Below are positions 62,901-64,000 of a stretch of 64,000 bases of DNA, in pieces; within the stretch, counting starts at the first letter, position 1, and the number at the start of each line of letters is the position of its first letter. Under the pieces are notes generated by a model. The model did no database searches and had not been told where the DNA came from. It was given only the letters and a program-made list of their open reading frames with translations. This DNA comes from Squalus acanthias. Its lineage: Eukaryota. The stretch is taken from positions 145,950,001 through 146,014,000 of the forward strand of contig CM059431.1 in NCBI GenBank assembly GCA_030390025.1. Reading direction: 5' to 3'. The translations under genes were made by a program, and so were the position numbers.

Positions 62901-64000
62901 GGATGTGTTTTCCAAGTGGGTGGAAGCCTTCCCTTGTCGAACAGCTACGGCACTGGGTACAGCAAAAATCTTGGTCCGGGAAGTGTTCTCGCGGTGGGGA
63001 CTTCCCCGTTTTGTGGAGTCAGACCAAGGGAGTCATTTCACCGGCCAGGTGATGCAGAACACCCTCATGCTTTTGGGCATTGAAGGGAAGTGGCACGTAG
63101 CACACAATCCCCAGTCATCCGGGATTGTTGAACGTATGAACCGGACCCTGAAGGAGAAATTGAGGAAAGAGACTAGGAACTCGCCCCAAAAATGGGCGGA
63201 GGTTCTGCCTTTAGTCCTCATGGGGGTCCGGGCCAGTCAGTCAAAAAGTACGGGGTACTCCCCGCACGAGGTAATGACCGGGAGGCTCATGCAAACCCCC
63301 ACCCATGTGCTAGCACCGGTGCTCACTGAGGGTCAGCTCCAAGAGATAAGCAGGGACAAGTTCGCCCAGACTCTCTTGGAGCGCCTGAAGCAGGTTTATG
63401 AGCAGACGGCTGGGAACATGGGAAGGCAGCATCAGGGCAATCGCTTGTTGCTGGAACCCCGCAAAACGCGGGAGTGGGAAGTGGGAGACCAGGTCATGGT
63501 CAGAAACTACGCCAGAGTAGGGAGTCTGGAACCACTGTATATGGGACCCTACAACATTGTAGACAAGGCGAGTCCCATGGTTTACGCCGTAAAAGTACCT
63601 CGGCGCACTAAGTGGTTCCACATAAACCAATGCAAACTATACCAGCCAGGTGCGCAAGGGAAAACTACAGGGGTAAATCCCGCCAATGGGAAAGCACAGC
63701 CCCAGGTAGGACCACAAGGCACACAGGCAGGCATAGCAGCTTGCATCAGGGGAAGGGACATCCCGGACGATCATGCAGCGTTTTTCTGGAATTGGGGGTT
63801 AGATGAGGAAGAATTCAGGGTACCCGGGTCAGATGAGGATAGTGCAGATGAGAATAGTGATGACGACGGGTGGTTCCTGAGGAACGGTCTGGAGGGAATG
63901 GGGGCTGTAGGTAGAGATCCACACAGGGTGGACACCCAAGCTGCAGGTCTCGAAGACAGGAGGGAGGAGCTAGAGGAGGCAGGGCCAGCCGCTATGGGAG
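59971..64000 (+). CDS. pol: Pol polyprotein (PR-RT-tether-RH-IN-extension), 3'-partial, probably made by readthrough of the gag UGA
   Basis: Same frame as gag. DTG at 60076, YVDD at 61036, IYVDGS at 61921, HX6H...CX2C, QIDYIGP/ESDQGS/VERMN, GPY. It is absent from the ORF track, consistent with no stop before the window end. Confidence 0.94.

Larger units (their letters stand above)
56534..64000 (+). mobile_element. ERV2: apparently intact provirus (5'LTR-PBS-gag-pol), continues beyond the window
   Basis: LTR, 18-nt PBS, 603-aa gag, and an in-frame pol with all catalytic motifs. Confidence 0.96.

Overview
Gene-free, repeat-dominated eukaryotic window. The repeat families look like those of cartilaginous fish (shark); this is inference from recalled repeat sequences, not a database result. 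Order: a G-rich 49-bp satellite (1-3.8 kb); a 5'-truncated, decayed endogenous retrovirus, ERV1 (pol-env-PPT-3'LTR, 3.8-14.9 kb), whose env is split by three nested insertions (a Penelope-type fragment with a hammerhead motif, a solo LTR and a CR1 tail); a ~41-kb (GA)n/GACA sea containing a 500-N gap and two near-identical solo LTRs within a ~19.7-kb duplication; and an apparently intact related provirus, ERV2 (5'LTR, tRNA-Arg PBS, gag, UGA-CUAG, pol open to the window end). The main system of interest is this retrovirus family. It has a retroviral double RNase H (dead tether plus active RH), an Env resembling Mononegavirales-type F proteins (lokiretrovirus-like) with an N-terminal Ig-like domain and mucin stalk, a gag ATG at the PBS boundary, long-R LTRs with an internal splice donor and a covarying U5 hairpin, overlapping PSAP/PPxY late domains and a variable extension after integrase. 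All alignments and structures were read by eye.
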